DNA of 64,000 nt from Candidatus Woesearchaeota archaeon (GTDB lineage Archaea; Nanobdellota; Nanobdellia; SCGC-AAA011-G17; GW2011-AR18). The notes beneath the pieces are model-generated. The model ran no database searches. It was given only the letters and a program-made list of their open reading frames with translations, and was not told the origin of the DNA. A program made the position numbers and the translations under genes. The stretch's first letter is position 1, and each line of letters starts with the position of its first letter. Shown here in pieces: positions 50,151-59,725 of the stretch. The stretch is taken from contig JAGWAD010000022.1 of assembly GCA_018302105.1 (NCBI GenBank), positions 13,434 to 77,433 on the forward strand, written 5' to 3'.

Positions 50151-50159
50151 TTTTTCCTC

Positions 50160-50357
50160 CTAAACATAATTTTTTCCAACATAACTTGCTGATCTGTATG
50201 TAACTCCTGATGTAGATGGTGTTATTAAAATTGGAATATAATTTCTTGTATAATTATGGTCATGCCTCAATGCTGGCGCATATTCAACTTTTCCTGTTAT
50301 AGCTTCAAGACTGCACATTTTATTGTTCCTCCGCGTTAATTTCACTTTTGTTTTCAT
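50160..50357 (-). CDS. hypothetical small ORF in the grpE-dnaK spacer
   Basis: 65-aa ORF overlapping the grpE 3' end. No motifs. Confidence 0.2.
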   Translation of the reverse strand: MKTKVKLTRRNNKMCSLEAITGKVEYAPALRHDHNYTRNYIPILITPSTSGVTYRSASYVGKNYV

Positions 50358-50874
50358 TATTATTCTTAGACATTTCTTTGCTTTGTGATTTAGTAATCCT
50401 GACTTTTGAAGTTCTCAAAACTTTATCATGTAATAAATATCCTTTTTGCAATTCATCTACAATTTTATTGTCTTCTTTTCCTTCAACTATATCCAAAACT
50501 TCATGCATATAAGGATCAAATTTTTTTTCTGCTGCTTCTATAGGTTTAACTCCTTCTTCTGTAAGTATTTTTTGAAGCTGTTTGTAAACCATTTCTATAC
50601 CTTCCTTTATCGCTTTATCATTTACCACATCGACTATATTAAGCGTTCTTTCAAAATCATCTAATGTATTCAGTAATTTGGAAATTAACCTATGGCTTGC
50701 ATATTTAGTAAATTCTTGCTTGTCTTTTTCAGCTCTTTTTATATAATTTTCAAAATCTGCCTGTAATCTCTTTAAATTATTCGTATATTGATCTAATTGG
50801 ACTTTTAATTGCTCTATTTCAGTATTAGGAACATTTTCTTCCTTTTTTTGGTGATTTTCAGCATTATTTTTCAT
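50320..50874 (-). CDS. grpE: nucleotide exchange factor GrpE
   Basis: Coiled-coil N-terminus, C-terminal ...GYLLHDKVLRTSKVRI... beta-domain. Located immediately upstream of dnaK. Confidence 0.85.
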   Translation of the reverse strand: MKNNAENHQKKEENVPNTEIEQLKVQLDQYTNNLKRLQADFENYIKRAEKDKQEFTKYASHRLISKLLNTLDDFERTLNIVDVVNDKAIKEGIEMVYKQLQKILTEEGVKPIEAAEKKFDPYMHEVLDIVEGKEDNKIVDELQKGYLLHDKVLRTSKVRITKSQSKEMSKNNNENKSEINAEEQ

Positions 50875-51260
50875 TATCTTGTTTCCTGTTGACTTAAGTT
50901 AAACTAAATATATGTATAATGAACTTATTTATAAAGTTTTTTATTTTTCTTAATACCACTATAAAGTAATAACTATTTAAGCTTTTTGGTATAAATTTAA
51001 TAAAATCAACTGGCATAAGTTTTTAATAAAGAACTAAAGAGACCATGATTGATGAATCTATAAACAAATTTAAATGTTTTAATGAATTGATTTAGAAACA
51101 GACAATTTTAATCTTTTAGAAGAAGATAATTTTGAAATACCATAAGTTAAACCTGTATTTATCTAATAGAAACCAATATCTTGATAATTAAAATATTTTC
51201 AGGTTTTAGTTATACTTGGCATTTTCACTAAAAATCGTTAAATTATATATTAAATTAAAT

Positions 51261-51722
51261 CTATCTGCTATTAACCAAAAATTCTAAATCTTTTCCATTT
51301 AATTGTCTATAAATGTTATTAATATGTACTAATGGTTCAGATTCAGCGCAATTAAGTCTTGCAGCTTCTTTTTTTAATTCAGAATTTTCTAAATGATTAA
51401 ATCCATCATTAGCTTCAAATTCCCTTCTTAAAATATCTCCATAAGCAGAAAAAGGTTTTTTCCCTCCTTCATCAATAATTGAAAAATAAATATCAAGTGT
51501 TTTTCTGTCAATATCTATTTTCTGGCTGTATTCATCTAAATCTTGTGTATTTATACCTGTTTTAATAATGTCAACATAAGCTCTCAAAGGCATAAGCAAG
51601 TTATTAACAATATGCTGAAAATGACTATTTCCATGTAAACTATATAAAACTCTAATATTCTCAACTCTAACTTTTTGTTGCTCAATATACTGTTCTTGTT
51701 CTTGAATAAATAAATTTATCAT
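51261..51722 (-). CDS. hypothetical protein
   Basis: 153-aa ORF. Confidence 0.35.
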   Translation of the reverse strand: MINLFIQEQEQYIEQQKVRVENIRVLYSLHGNSHFQHIVNNLLMPLRAYVDIIKTGINTQDLDEYSQKIDIDRKTLDIYFSIIDEGGKKPFSAYGDILRREFEANDGFNHLENSELKKEAARLNCAESEPLVHINNIYRQLNGKDLEFLVNSR

Positions 51723-51762
51723 TTTTAATAAAATTTGATAAAAAAATTCATAAAGCTTGCTA

Positions 51763-51906
51763 TTAAATTTCTGCTGACTTTTCTCCTAAATGTTTATCAT
51801 GCAAATGTGCTTCTAAAGATTTAACATACTTATTGCATAAAGGGCATATTGCCTTTATTTTTGGTTTAATATACCTTGCTTGTCTTAATCTTATTTTTTT
51901 TGCCAT
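51763..51906 (-). CDS. small (47 aa) C2H2-type zinc-finger protein
   Basis: MAKKIRLRQARYIKPKIKAICPLCNKYVKSLEAHLHDKHLGEKSAEI, with a CxxC...HxxxH pattern. Confidence 0.35.
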   Translation of the reverse strand: MAKKIRLRQARYIKPKIKAICPLCNKYVKSLEAHLHDKHLGEKSAEI

Positions 51907-52008
51907 TAAACTATTTTAATAAATTCATTTAAGAAATTTCCATATTTATAATATAATTTTACTAAAAAATAAACAAAAGCTTATAAGTTTAGTATACTTT
52001 AATCCTTT

Positions 52009-52446
52009 ATGGTATCTAGGATTACAATTATAAAGATTAAGAAACCATCTCAAAAAGAAGTAAACAGGGATTTGCAGTGGTTCTCTGAAAGTTTTGGTTT
52101 ATTTGGAGAAAGAGACAAAGAAAAATCATGCTTCAGGGTATTTATAGAATTATTAAAAGCCGCAAGATTTGGGAGGCCATTAACAAGTGATCAAATAGCC
52201 TTTAAATCACATTTGACAAGAGCTACAGTAATTCATCATTTAAATAAACTAAATCAGTCAGGATTAGTATTAAAACAAAAAAATTTATACATTTTAAGAG
52301 CAGAGAATTTAGAAAACGTGACTTTAGAAATTAAAAAAGATTTATTGGGAATGTTTCAGGATTTAGAAGATATGGCAAGAGAATTAGATGAAGAACTTGG
52401 CTTAATTAAAAGAACAAAATCAGATTCCAGGACATTATCAGATTAA
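52009..52446 (+). CDS. winged-helix transcriptional regulator
   Basis: LTSDQIAFKSHLTRATVIHHLNKLNQSGLV is a helix-turn-helix plus wing. Confidence 0.5.
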   Translation: MVSRITIIKIKKPSQKEVNRDLQWFSESFGLFGERDKEKSCFRVFIELLKAARFGRPLTSDQIAFKSHLTRATVIHHLNKLNQSGLVLKQKNLYILRAENLENVTLEIKKDLLGMFQDLEDMARELDEELGLIKRTKSDSRTLSD

Positions 52447-52514
52447 ATTTTTGGCCAATAGCTTTAATAATATTTCTAAATTTATCTTATAAAAGGGGTT
52501 CTGGGAGATTATTA

Positions 52515-53111
52515 ATGGATAGATTAGTAAGTTTTGAAATAGATACAAATATAATTGTGGACAGAAATGATGTAAATGTATTTTATAGAAAATATTCTCC
52601 CAAAGAACTAAAAGAATACATAGGAAGAAAAAGAGAATTTTGTTGCAGGATATTTGAAATTCCAACATTTAATAGAGAAGAAAGACTTGCAGAAATTCTA
52701 AGTTTAGGGACAGACAGAACAGAATATAACTTAGAAAAAGAGATAAAAAGAGAAAGGTTTAATTGGGATTCTGAATTCTTAAAGGCTGCAAAATCGCAAG
52801 ATTGCATAAAGGATTATTATAGAAATCCATTGAAATTTATTAAAATATACCCTATTAAGGATTTTTGGAAAGCCATTTTTGATTTTACTAAAATTTCAGA
52901 AAAGACTCCATTTATTTCTATTTACAACTATAATAATCTAAAGCCAATCAAATCCAAAAGGTATTATATCCCATATTATTATGAATTAAATGAAAATAAA
53001 AGCAGTTTAATAGAAGAGATAATAAGATTAGATAACTTTAATGGTAATCAATATATTAAGGATTTTATAGGTTCTCAGGTAAATAAAATAGTTTTATTAA
53101 GGTCATGTTAA
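52515..53111 (+). CDS. hypothetical protein
   Basis: 198-aa ORF overlapping the start of the rhodanese gene by 7 nt. Confidence 0.4.
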   Translation: MDRLVSFEIDTNIIVDRNDVNVFYRKYSPKELKEYIGRKREFCCRIFEIPTFNREERLAEILSLGTDRTEYNLEKEIKRERFNWDSEFLKAAKSQDCIKDYYRNPLKFIKIYPIKDFWKAIFDFTKISEKTPFISIYNYNNLKPIKSKRYYIPYYYELNENKSSLIEEIIRLDNFNGNQYIKDFIGSQVNKIVLLRSC

Positions 53112-53416
53112 TTATTGAAGAAATGCAAGAATTAAAAATAGATGTAAAAGAAGTTAAAAAATTAAAAAATATTTTCTTTTTAGATGTAAGAACTAAAGAA
53201 GAATATGAAGAAATGAAGATTGAAAATTCTAAATTAATTCCTTTAAATGAATTAGAATCAAGAATAAATGAAATTCCAAAAGATAAGCAAATAATTGTTT
53301 ATTGTCATAAAGGAATAAGAAGTTTTCAGGCTGCATTATTTTTAAAACAAAAAGGATTTAATGTAAAAAGTATTGATGGCGGTATAGATGCATGGCTAAA
53401 AAATTCAGTAAAATGA
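53105..53416 (+). CDS. single-domain rhodanese sulfurtransferase
   Basis: VYCHKGIRS active-site Cys loop. 103 aa. Confidence 0.75.
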   Translation: MLIIEEMQELKIDVKEVKKLKNIFFLDVRTKEEYEEMKIENSKLIPLNELESRINEIPKDKQIIVYCHKGIRSFQAALFLKQKGFNVKSIDGGIDAWLKNSVK

Positions 53417-53573
53417 AAATATTTCAAAATAATAGAAAAATTTTAAGATAAGGCTTATTAATAATAAAAATAAAATAGATATATTATTTGCTTTAAATAA
53501 AAAAGGGCGAATTATTGATCCGAGAATACTGATATTATTAATCCTTATTATATTACTATATCTGTACTTAAGA

Positions 53574-53933
53574 TCAATCAGAGTAATTTAATTTATCTCC
53601 AATCTTAATATTCTTGCAGTCTTTTACTTCTAAAATATACTTAGACTTAATTCCTTTAATATAGAATCTAAAGGGTTTAACATTTTTTAATAATTTTACT
53701 GCTATTTTCTCAGAATTAAAATAAACAATGTCTATTTTTCTCAGAACAAAGAAAGTATGTAATGCAGTTTTAGTCTCATTACGAAATACCATTAATATCC
53801 CTTCTTCTTTAAAAAAATTAAACATTAAGCCAATTCCTTTAGTAATTAAAGATTTACATATTTTAACATTAAAATTATTTTTTTCTACTTTCAAAATTTT
53901 TAATGATTTCATCATAAGATATACTAAGGACAA
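53574..53933 (-). CDS. hypothetical protein
   Basis: 119-aa ORF. Confidence 0.3.
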   Translation of the reverse strand: MSLVYLMMKSLKILKVEKNNFNVKICKSLITKGIGLMFNFFKEEGILMVFRNETKTALHTFFVLRKIDIVYFNSEKIAVKLLKNVKPFRFYIKGIKSKYILEVKDCKNIKIGDKLNYSD

Positions 53934-54639
53934 TATCCTTAAATCTTTCTAAATCTCTGCACTCAACCATATCTGTAATTTCTCTTTCAGATATAAATAA
54001 TTCACCATTTTGATTTGGCAGATAATTATCTTTACTATGTTCGCGCATATCAATTCCATGAAATTTTATTTCAAATCCAGCATCTTTATATTCTATAAAT
54101 CTATTTCTAAACTCTCTCATAATTTTATTATATCTTTCACGATCTATACACGATTCATCAAGATAAACAACTCTTTTTATTCCCAATTCTCTAAGTTTAT
54201 CTGGGTTTGGTAAAACTTTATCATCAAGAAAATAAAAGGGATACTCTTTCAATATGGAGGCTCTATGACAGTCTATTAAAGTGGCATAACCTAAAATTTC
54301 TCTTAAATTATCTTTTGCTATTTTTTGTTTATCAGCATAAAACGAGATTGTTTTTTGAATTCTGGGATGTGATTGTTTTGGAAGAAAATAACTAACATCT
54401 ATTCCTTGATTCATTAAACTAACTCCAATTCCTGGAAGATGTGCATGCCCAATATCAATTACAAAATAAGTATCTTTAAATGGTATGTTTTCTCTAAAGG
54501 TTACATTATCTAATCCTCTTATAAATAACAAATCATCTGGATATATCTGTGGTTTAGCATCTGTAATAAAACTTTCAGGAGTTAATGCTTCTTCCAATCT
54601 TCCTGTTTTGCTTCTGTAAATTTCAGTATAGTCTGTCAT
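53875..54639 (-). CDS. hypothetical protein
   Basis: 254-aa ORF with no assignable motifs. Confidence 0.4.
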   Translation of the reverse strand: MTDYTEIYRSKTGRLEEALTPESFITDAKPQIYPDDLLFIRGLDNVTFRENIPFKDTYFVIDIGHAHLPGIGVSLMNQGIDVSYFLPKQSHPRIQKTISFYADKQKIAKDNLREILGYATLIDCHRASILKEYPFYFLDDKVLPNPDKLRELGIKRVVYLDESCIDRERYNKIMREFRNRFIEYKDAGFEIKFHGIDMREHSKDNYLPNQNGELFISEREITDMVECRDLERFKDIVLSISYDEIIKNFESRKK

Positions 54640-54733
54640 AAAAATTTAAATAATCTCTTAGTTTATAAAGTTTTCGTAATTATATTACTAATAAGTAACA
54701 ACAAATAAATATTATAAAAATTATCTACCAAAA

Positions 54734-54745
54734 CTCTTTTAAAGG
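54734..54745 (+). promoter_or_regulatory. TATA-like element upstream of the 5S rRNA
   Basis: CTTTTAAAGG is centred about 26 nt upstream of the 5S 5' end. Confidence 0.25.
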
Positions 54746-54766
54746 ATTCATTATTCCTAAACTATA

Positions 54767-54880
54767 GGGCGGTCATAGTGGCATGGTCACATCCGATCTC
54801 ATTTCGAACTCGGAAATTAAGAATGCCCACGTTCCATATAGTACTGTACTCCGTACGGGAAGTATGGTTAGCTGCCCGCC
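54767..54880 (+). rRNA. rrf: 5S ribosomal RNA
   Basis: GGGCGGUCAUAG...CUCAUUUCGAACUCGGAAAUUAAG...GUACUG...GCUGCCCGCC matches archaeal 5S conserved blocks. Terminal helix GGGCGG/CCGCCC, followed by a T-rich tract. Confidence 0.85.
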
Positions 54881-54908
54881 TTATTTTCATTAAAATTTGG
54901 TGTTACAA

Positions 54909-55333
54909 ATGGTATTGAGAAGAGATAGTTTTACAGAAAAATTTGAAACAGTTTCTAAATTATTTATAAATGAATTAAAATTAGAAAAAATAACAAAAAA
55001 AGAATTAATGGATATAATCAAAAATATGAAGAATTTGGTCTGGAATTAAGATATAGTGCAGAAGACACAGCAGATTTAATTTATGTTTATTTAGTATTAG
55101 ACTATAAAAAAAATGAAAGAGGAAATCCTTATCCTAAAGACCTTATAGTGGCAGCCCATTTGTTAAATGAAAGAATTGATGATGTCATAAAAAGTTATCA
55201 AGATAGTTCTGTAAATGAATTTTTGTTAATTAAAAGAGTAGAACAAGCAGGCAAGAAAATGAGATACGATAAGGCTTCTAAATTGCAAAAAGATTCAACA
55301 GATATTTTAGATGAAATATATTTGTATGCTTAA
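54909..55333 (+). CDS. hypothetical protein split over two frames (54909-55052 and 55148-55333)
   Basis: Adding one A to the A7 run near 54997 fuses MVLRRDSFTEKFETVSKLFINELKLEKITKK to ...GYNQKYEEFGLELRYSAEDTADL...DEIYLYA, giving a protein of about 143 aa. Confidence 0.3.
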
Positions 55334-55869
55334 AATTCTTTTATTTTCTTAGTAATAATTAGATAAAATATCCATGCAGCACCTAATCCAATATCAAATA
55401 TTGCCCATTTAACAGCACTTGCAAGCATTTCAATGCTCCTTTCCTGTATTGGTATTGATCTAAAAGGTTCTGCTAAAATTATAAAAAAATAAAACCACTT
55501 ATCCCAAGGCCAAAGTAGAGGAACTCCAGGCCATCCCATTACCATATCAGCAATAATATGGCTTAATATGCCTATAGAAAAGAATAAAGAAATTATTTTA
55601 GCATTTAAGTTTGATTTAAAGTATTTATTATAAAGATAAATTAAGAAATAACATAAAACAAAACCTAAAACAATCATAACTAAACTATGTGTAATTAAGC
55701 GATGAACTGATATTCCGGTAGTCCATTGTATTAAATAATCTATATCAGGAAATATTGCACCAAAAATTAAGAAAAACCATTCAGGAATGATAATTTTAAT
55801 ATTTTTAAAATAAGCAATAGTTTTTCCAATTAACCATGCAAATATCATATGTGTAAATCCGTAGGGCAT
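55330..55869 (-). CDS. membrane-bound metal-dependent hydrolase (YdjM/DUF457-like)
   Basis: MPYGFTHMIFAW...FPDIDYL...ITHSL are the histidine/aspartate motifs of the family. Polytopic. Confidence 0.55.
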   Translation of the reverse strand: MPYGFTHMIFAWLIGKTIAYFKNIKIIIPEWFFLIFGAIFPDIDYLIQWTTGISVHRLITHSLVMIVLGFVLCYFLIYLYNKYFKSNLNAKIISLFFSIGILSHIIADMVMGWPGVPLLWPWDKWFYFFIILAEPFRSIPIQERSIEMLASAVKWAIFDIGLGAAWIFYLIITKKIKEF

Positions 55870-55923
55870 AAGAAAATTTAATTTTCATCAATATATATAA
55901 ACTTAATGAATCATTAAATTATA

Positions 55924-56193
55924 ATGCAAAAGAAAGAAGTTTTGGAAACAATAAAAAAATTGTTTAATGAAGCAAAGTTAAATACAGATAAAGCAGACAG
56001 GTATGTTGAATTAGCAAGAAAAATAGGAATGAAATTTAATGTGCCAATACCAAGAGAATTAAAAAGAAAATTTTGCAGGCATTGTAACTCTTATTTTCAA
56101 AAATCAAATTATAGAATAAGAACAAGAAATAAGATGATTGTTTACACTTGTTTTAAATGCAGGAAATATACAAAATTCAAAATCAAAGACTAA
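55924..56193 (+). CDS. rnp4: RNase P protein component 4 (Rpp21/Rpr2)
   Basis: FCRHCNSYF...RIRTRNKMIVYTCFKCRKY is the CxxC...CxxC zinc ribbon with the basic helix typical of Rpp21. Confidence 0.75.
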   Translation: MQKKEVLETIKKLFNEAKLNTDKADRYVELARKIGMKFNVPIPRELKRKFCRHCNSYFQKSNYRIRTRNKMIVYTCFKCRKYTKFKIKD

Positions 56194-56279
56194 TTACCTG
56201 TTTTTTGGCTATTTAAGACACAAAATAAGCCCATTAAAAATGAATATAAACAAGTTAACTTTGCAATATTAGTGATTAA

Positions 56280-56642
56280 ATGGTATATGAATTAAATTTT
56301 GAAGGTGCAGATTCTCAGGGTTGGTTACAGATAAGTTTTTCAGAGAGAGAAACCGAAAATACACACAATTCTTTATCTGGCAAAGTTGAAGGATATTCTA
56401 TAGTAATTAAATGTGAAGAAAGAGAACACAGGATAAAGACAGTCATAGAAGCAAGAGTTATTGATCAATGCGGATTCAACTTAGACTCAGTTATTGCTTC
56501 AAATGGGCAGATTATCTCACTTTATGAGACAATAGAAATTAAATTAGAAAAACCAAGTAGTCAGGAATTATGGAGAAAGAGTGCAGAATATGTAAATGCC
56601 ATAAAAAATGTTATAACTGAATATCTTGTTAAAAAAAAATAA
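56280..56642 (+). CDS. hypothetical protein
   Basis: 120-aa ORF. Confidence 0.35.
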   Translation: MVYELNFEGADSQGWLQISFSERETENTHNSLSGKVEGYSIVIKCEEREHRIKTVIEARVIDQCGFNLDSVIASNGQIISLYETIEIKLEKPSSQELWRKSAEYVNAIKNVITEYLVKKK

Positions 56643-56663
56643 ATCAATAAGGATGCTTGCAGT

Positions 56664-57104
56664 TTAAAACCACCTGAATATTCTTATTTTTTGTTTTCTT
56701 GGTTTAAATTCTTCCTTTACAATATTTCTCCATTCATTTCTTATCCATTTTTTTTCTAAAGCAAGCATATTTCCAAAACCCCTTTTCTTTAATTCTTTAT
56801 TTACAATTCCCCCCTTATGCGGATGTTTATACATTCTTGGATGTGGACTATTAAATCCATGCATATAATGAACTAATTCATGTGCTAAAGTAGTATCTAT
56901 AATATATTCAGGAATTTTTTCATTTTTAAAATAATTATTTACAACAATTTCTGAGTCACCATTTTTTAATCTTTTAATATGCCCAAATTTATTTCTCCAT
57001 TTTCCTTTGAATCTTACAACAACCCTATTTTTCTTTTCAATATCAGAGAATAATAATTCCCATATAGAATCTAACCTCTTTTTTAAAAATTCTTCATCTC
57101 TCAT
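56664..57104 (-). CDS. SprT/YgjP (DUF45)-like zinc metallopeptidase
   Basis: TLAHELVHYMHGFNSPH is an HExxHxxxxxxH motif. Confidence 0.55.
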   Translation of the reverse strand: MRDEEFLKKRLDSIWELLFSDIEKKNRVVVRFKGKWRNKFGHIKRLKNGDSEIVVNNYFKNEKIPEYIIDTTLAHELVHYMHGFNSPHPRMYKHPHKGGIVNKELKKRGFGNMLALEKKWIRNEWRNIVKEEFKPRKQKIRIFRWF

Positions 57105-57158
57105 ATAAAATATTAGAAATTAATTATTTATAAAAACTTTTCTCAAATTAGAATAAAT

Positions 57159-57356
57159 CTATGCTTTCTTAAATCTAGCAATTGTATCTAATAAATCTAC
57201 ATGACCCAGAAATAATGCTCTGCAGCAATATCTCTCTAAACCTAATTCATCCATTGCTTTTTTAGGATCTTCTCCATTTGCAGTTCTAGTTTTATAATCT
57301 TCCCACAAATGCGCTACAGGTTTGCCACAACTCAAACATCGAATCGGAATTATCAT
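57159..57356 (-). CDS. rpoN: DNA-directed RNA polymerase subunit N (Rpo10/RpoN)
   Basis: MIIPIRCLSCGK...LGLERYCCRALFLGHVDL is a near-consensus RpoN. Confidence 0.85.
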   Translation of the reverse strand: MIIPIRCLSCGKPVAHLWEDYKTRTANGEDPKKAMDELGLERYCCRALFLGHVDLLDTIARFKKA

Positions 57357-57424
57357 CTTAAATATTTGTCTAATAAAACATTATTTAAAGCTTTCGCCAT
57401 ATAAGATTAAAAACAAATAGTGTT

Positions 57425-57655
57425 TTATGCTTTGCTTTTTAAAAATTTATTTAGTTCTCTTTCTAAGCGAGAACCCTCTAAAACTAAAAATTCATTAGTT
57501 TCACGAGATATCAGATTAATGCCATTAATTTGAAGATTAACGCGATCTAGAATAAAAATTTCGTCTGAATGGTAAATAAATCCTAATCTAGAAAAATGTT
57601 CTTCAAAATCATAAAATGCTTCTTGTGATAAAGTATAAGCTAAATATTTCTTCAT
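57425..57655 (-). CDS. hypothetical protein
   Basis: 76-aa ORF. Confidence 0.3.
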   Translation of the reverse strand: MKKYLAYTLSQEAFYDFEEHFSRLGFIYHSDEIFILDRVNLQINGINLISRETNEFLVLEGSRLERELNKFLKSKA

Positions 57656-57961
57656 ATAAGAATTATCTAACTCTATTTATTAACCTTTTCGTGGTCTTAA
57701 TTTTAATCAGAATATTGTCCTTTAACCTTATATTTATCAGAATTCAGTAAATCATTATATTCATTTTCAATTTCTTCAATTACAGGATCTTTTCTTGTGA
57801 ATAATTTATAAGCTATAAAAGCTGCAATTAATCCAAGCCCAAGCCATATCCATTTGTTTTGTATTGCTTCTAACATTTTCCACCTATAATTATTAAAATT
57901 TTATTCTTTATAAACTTATCTTGCAAAAATTTCTGAAGTCTGGAATATCAAATGTTAAAAA

Positions 57962-58522
57962 TTAAGCTAATCTTTTGCTAATACTTAATCCATCCTTAAT
58001 GTTAATAATCTCAGTCTTAAGTCTGTTGTCATTCAATATAGCATTCCGATAATCCTGGCAACCTTCAAAAGTAATATTATCTGCGATTATATAACCTCCA
58101 ATTTTAACTAATTTTAAACAATCTTCTAAAACTTTAAAATATCCTTTCTTGTAAAAATCTATAAAAATCAAATCAAATGCTTCCTTTTCATTTGATGTAA
58201 TTCCATTGACAATCTCTACACCATCTTCAATTATAATATTAGCATTTATTCCAAATTGTTTAAAATTTTCTTTTGCTTCATCTGCTCTTTGATTATCTTT
58301 TTCTATTGTAACTAATTCAGCACCTTCGCTCCCAAGTATAATGCCGCTATAACCAGTTGCAGTTCCCAATTCTAAAATTTTTTTAGGTTTTAATTCTAAA
58401 ATTTTCTCATGTATCCATTTACCCTTTTCACTTCCAACTATATGTATATCCCTAGAAATACTCTCAATTTCCAATTTTTTTAATTCTTCAATAATATTAC
58501 CCATATAAGACAATCCTATCAT
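57962..58522 (-). CDS. class I SAM-dependent O-methyltransferase (family 3)
   Basis: ILELGTATGYSGI (motif I) and LIFIDFYKKGY, a caffeoyl-CoA O-methyltransferase-like fold. Confidence 0.7.
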   Translation of the reverse strand: MIGLSYMGNIIEELKKLEIESISRDIHIVGSEKGKWIHEKILELKPKKILELGTATGYSGIILGSEGAELVTIEKDNQRADEAKENFKQFGINANIIIEDGVEIVNGITSNEKEAFDLIFIDFYKKGYFKVLEDCLKLVKIGGYIIADNITFEGCQDYRNAILNDNRLKTEIINIKDGLSISKRLA

Positions 58523-59618
58523 TTTTTCTTACATCTTGTGATACAGGAAAAGTAATAATTTCTCCAGGATTTGCAGATTCAATATTTTCACCATGAAAGT
58601 TTCTTAATTCTATAATCTCTTGTTCAGTTTCATTATTATTTTTATCTATAAATTTAATTTTTTCATTTAATTTTATTCCCTTGTTTAGTCTGGTTTCTAC
58701 AATCTTTGTTTTTCTATAATAATTTTTAACAATTCCTAATGCATCATACCACTTTCCAGTTTCAGGTCTGTGCCTTTTCACCTTTTCACATTTTTCAGAG
58801 CAATGTTTATTTAATTTTTCTTGGCAATCTTTATATGATATGAATAATTTATTACAGTCAATATTATGACAATTAATGTATTCATCAGATTCTTTATTGC
58901 ATAATTCACATTTGCTAATAATCATATTTCCGTTTCTCGATATTAACCTATCATCAAAAACAAAACAGCTTCCCTCAAAATAGTCGTTTGGAAATTTATT
59001 AATATAATTTATAATTCCTTCTTCTAATTGATAAACATTTTCAAAACCTTGATTTACTAAATATGCAGAAGCTTTTTCACACCTAATTCCTCCAGTGCAG
59101 TATGTAACAATTTTTTTGTCTTTTAAATCTTCAAATTTTTTTATAGCCAAAGGAAATTCCCTGAAAGTTTCTATTGGTAAAGTTATTGCATCTTTAAATT
59201 TTCCAACTGCAGTTTCATAATTATTTCTTGCATCAATTAATATAATGTTTTCATTTTTATCAAGCAAATTCTTTAATTCTTCTGGTTTAATATGTTTGCC
59301 TTTTTTATTCATGTCAACTTTATGTCCAAAATGAACAATTTCTTTTCTGACTCTAACAACTAATTTATGGTGTTTAAAATTGTCAATTTCTTCTTCTCTG
59401 AATGTTAAATTCTTAAATTTATCATTAATCATAATCACTTTCTTAAAATCATCAATATTTTTTATTTTTCCAGATACACATGCATTAATCCCCTCATTTC
59501 CAATTAATATTCTTCCAAGTATATTTAGTTCATTACATCTTTTCCTCATTTCATCTCTTAAAATTTCTGGATTTTCTATTTCTATATATTTATAAAATGA
59601 AATTACCTTGTAAACCAT
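58497..59618 (-). CDS. trhO: rhodanese-domain protein TrhO/YceA (UPF0176) with C-terminal extension
   Basis: ISFYKYIEIENPEILRDE N-terminal UPF0176 block. CTGGIRCEKASAYL rhodanese active site. Start moved to the internal ATG at 59618. Confidence 0.7.
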   Translation of the reverse strand: MVYKVISFYKYIEIENPEILRDEMRKRCNELNILGRILIGNEGINACVSGKIKNIDDFKKVIMINDKFKNLTFREEEIDNFKHHKLVVRVRKEIVHFGHKVDMNKKGKHIKPEELKNLLDKNENIILIDARNNYETAVGKFKDAITLPIETFREFPLAIKKFEDLKDKKIVTYCTGGIRCEKASAYLVNQGFENVYQLEEGIINYINKFPNDYFEGSCFVFDDRLISRNGNMIISKCELCNKESDEYINCHNIDCNKLFISYKDCQEKLNKHCSEKCEKVKRHRPETGKWYDALGIVKNYYRKTKIVETRLNKGIKLNEKIKFIDKNNNETEQEIIELRNFHGENIESANPGEIITFPVSQDVRKNDRIVLYG

Positions 59619-59725
59619 CAAATCTATATTGAAGAAAGACTTATAAAATTTTTCAATATTACAGTTTGTAACCAAAATTATTATAAATGACTGATTTATT
59701 AAAAATATAAAGGAGAAAAAGTAAA

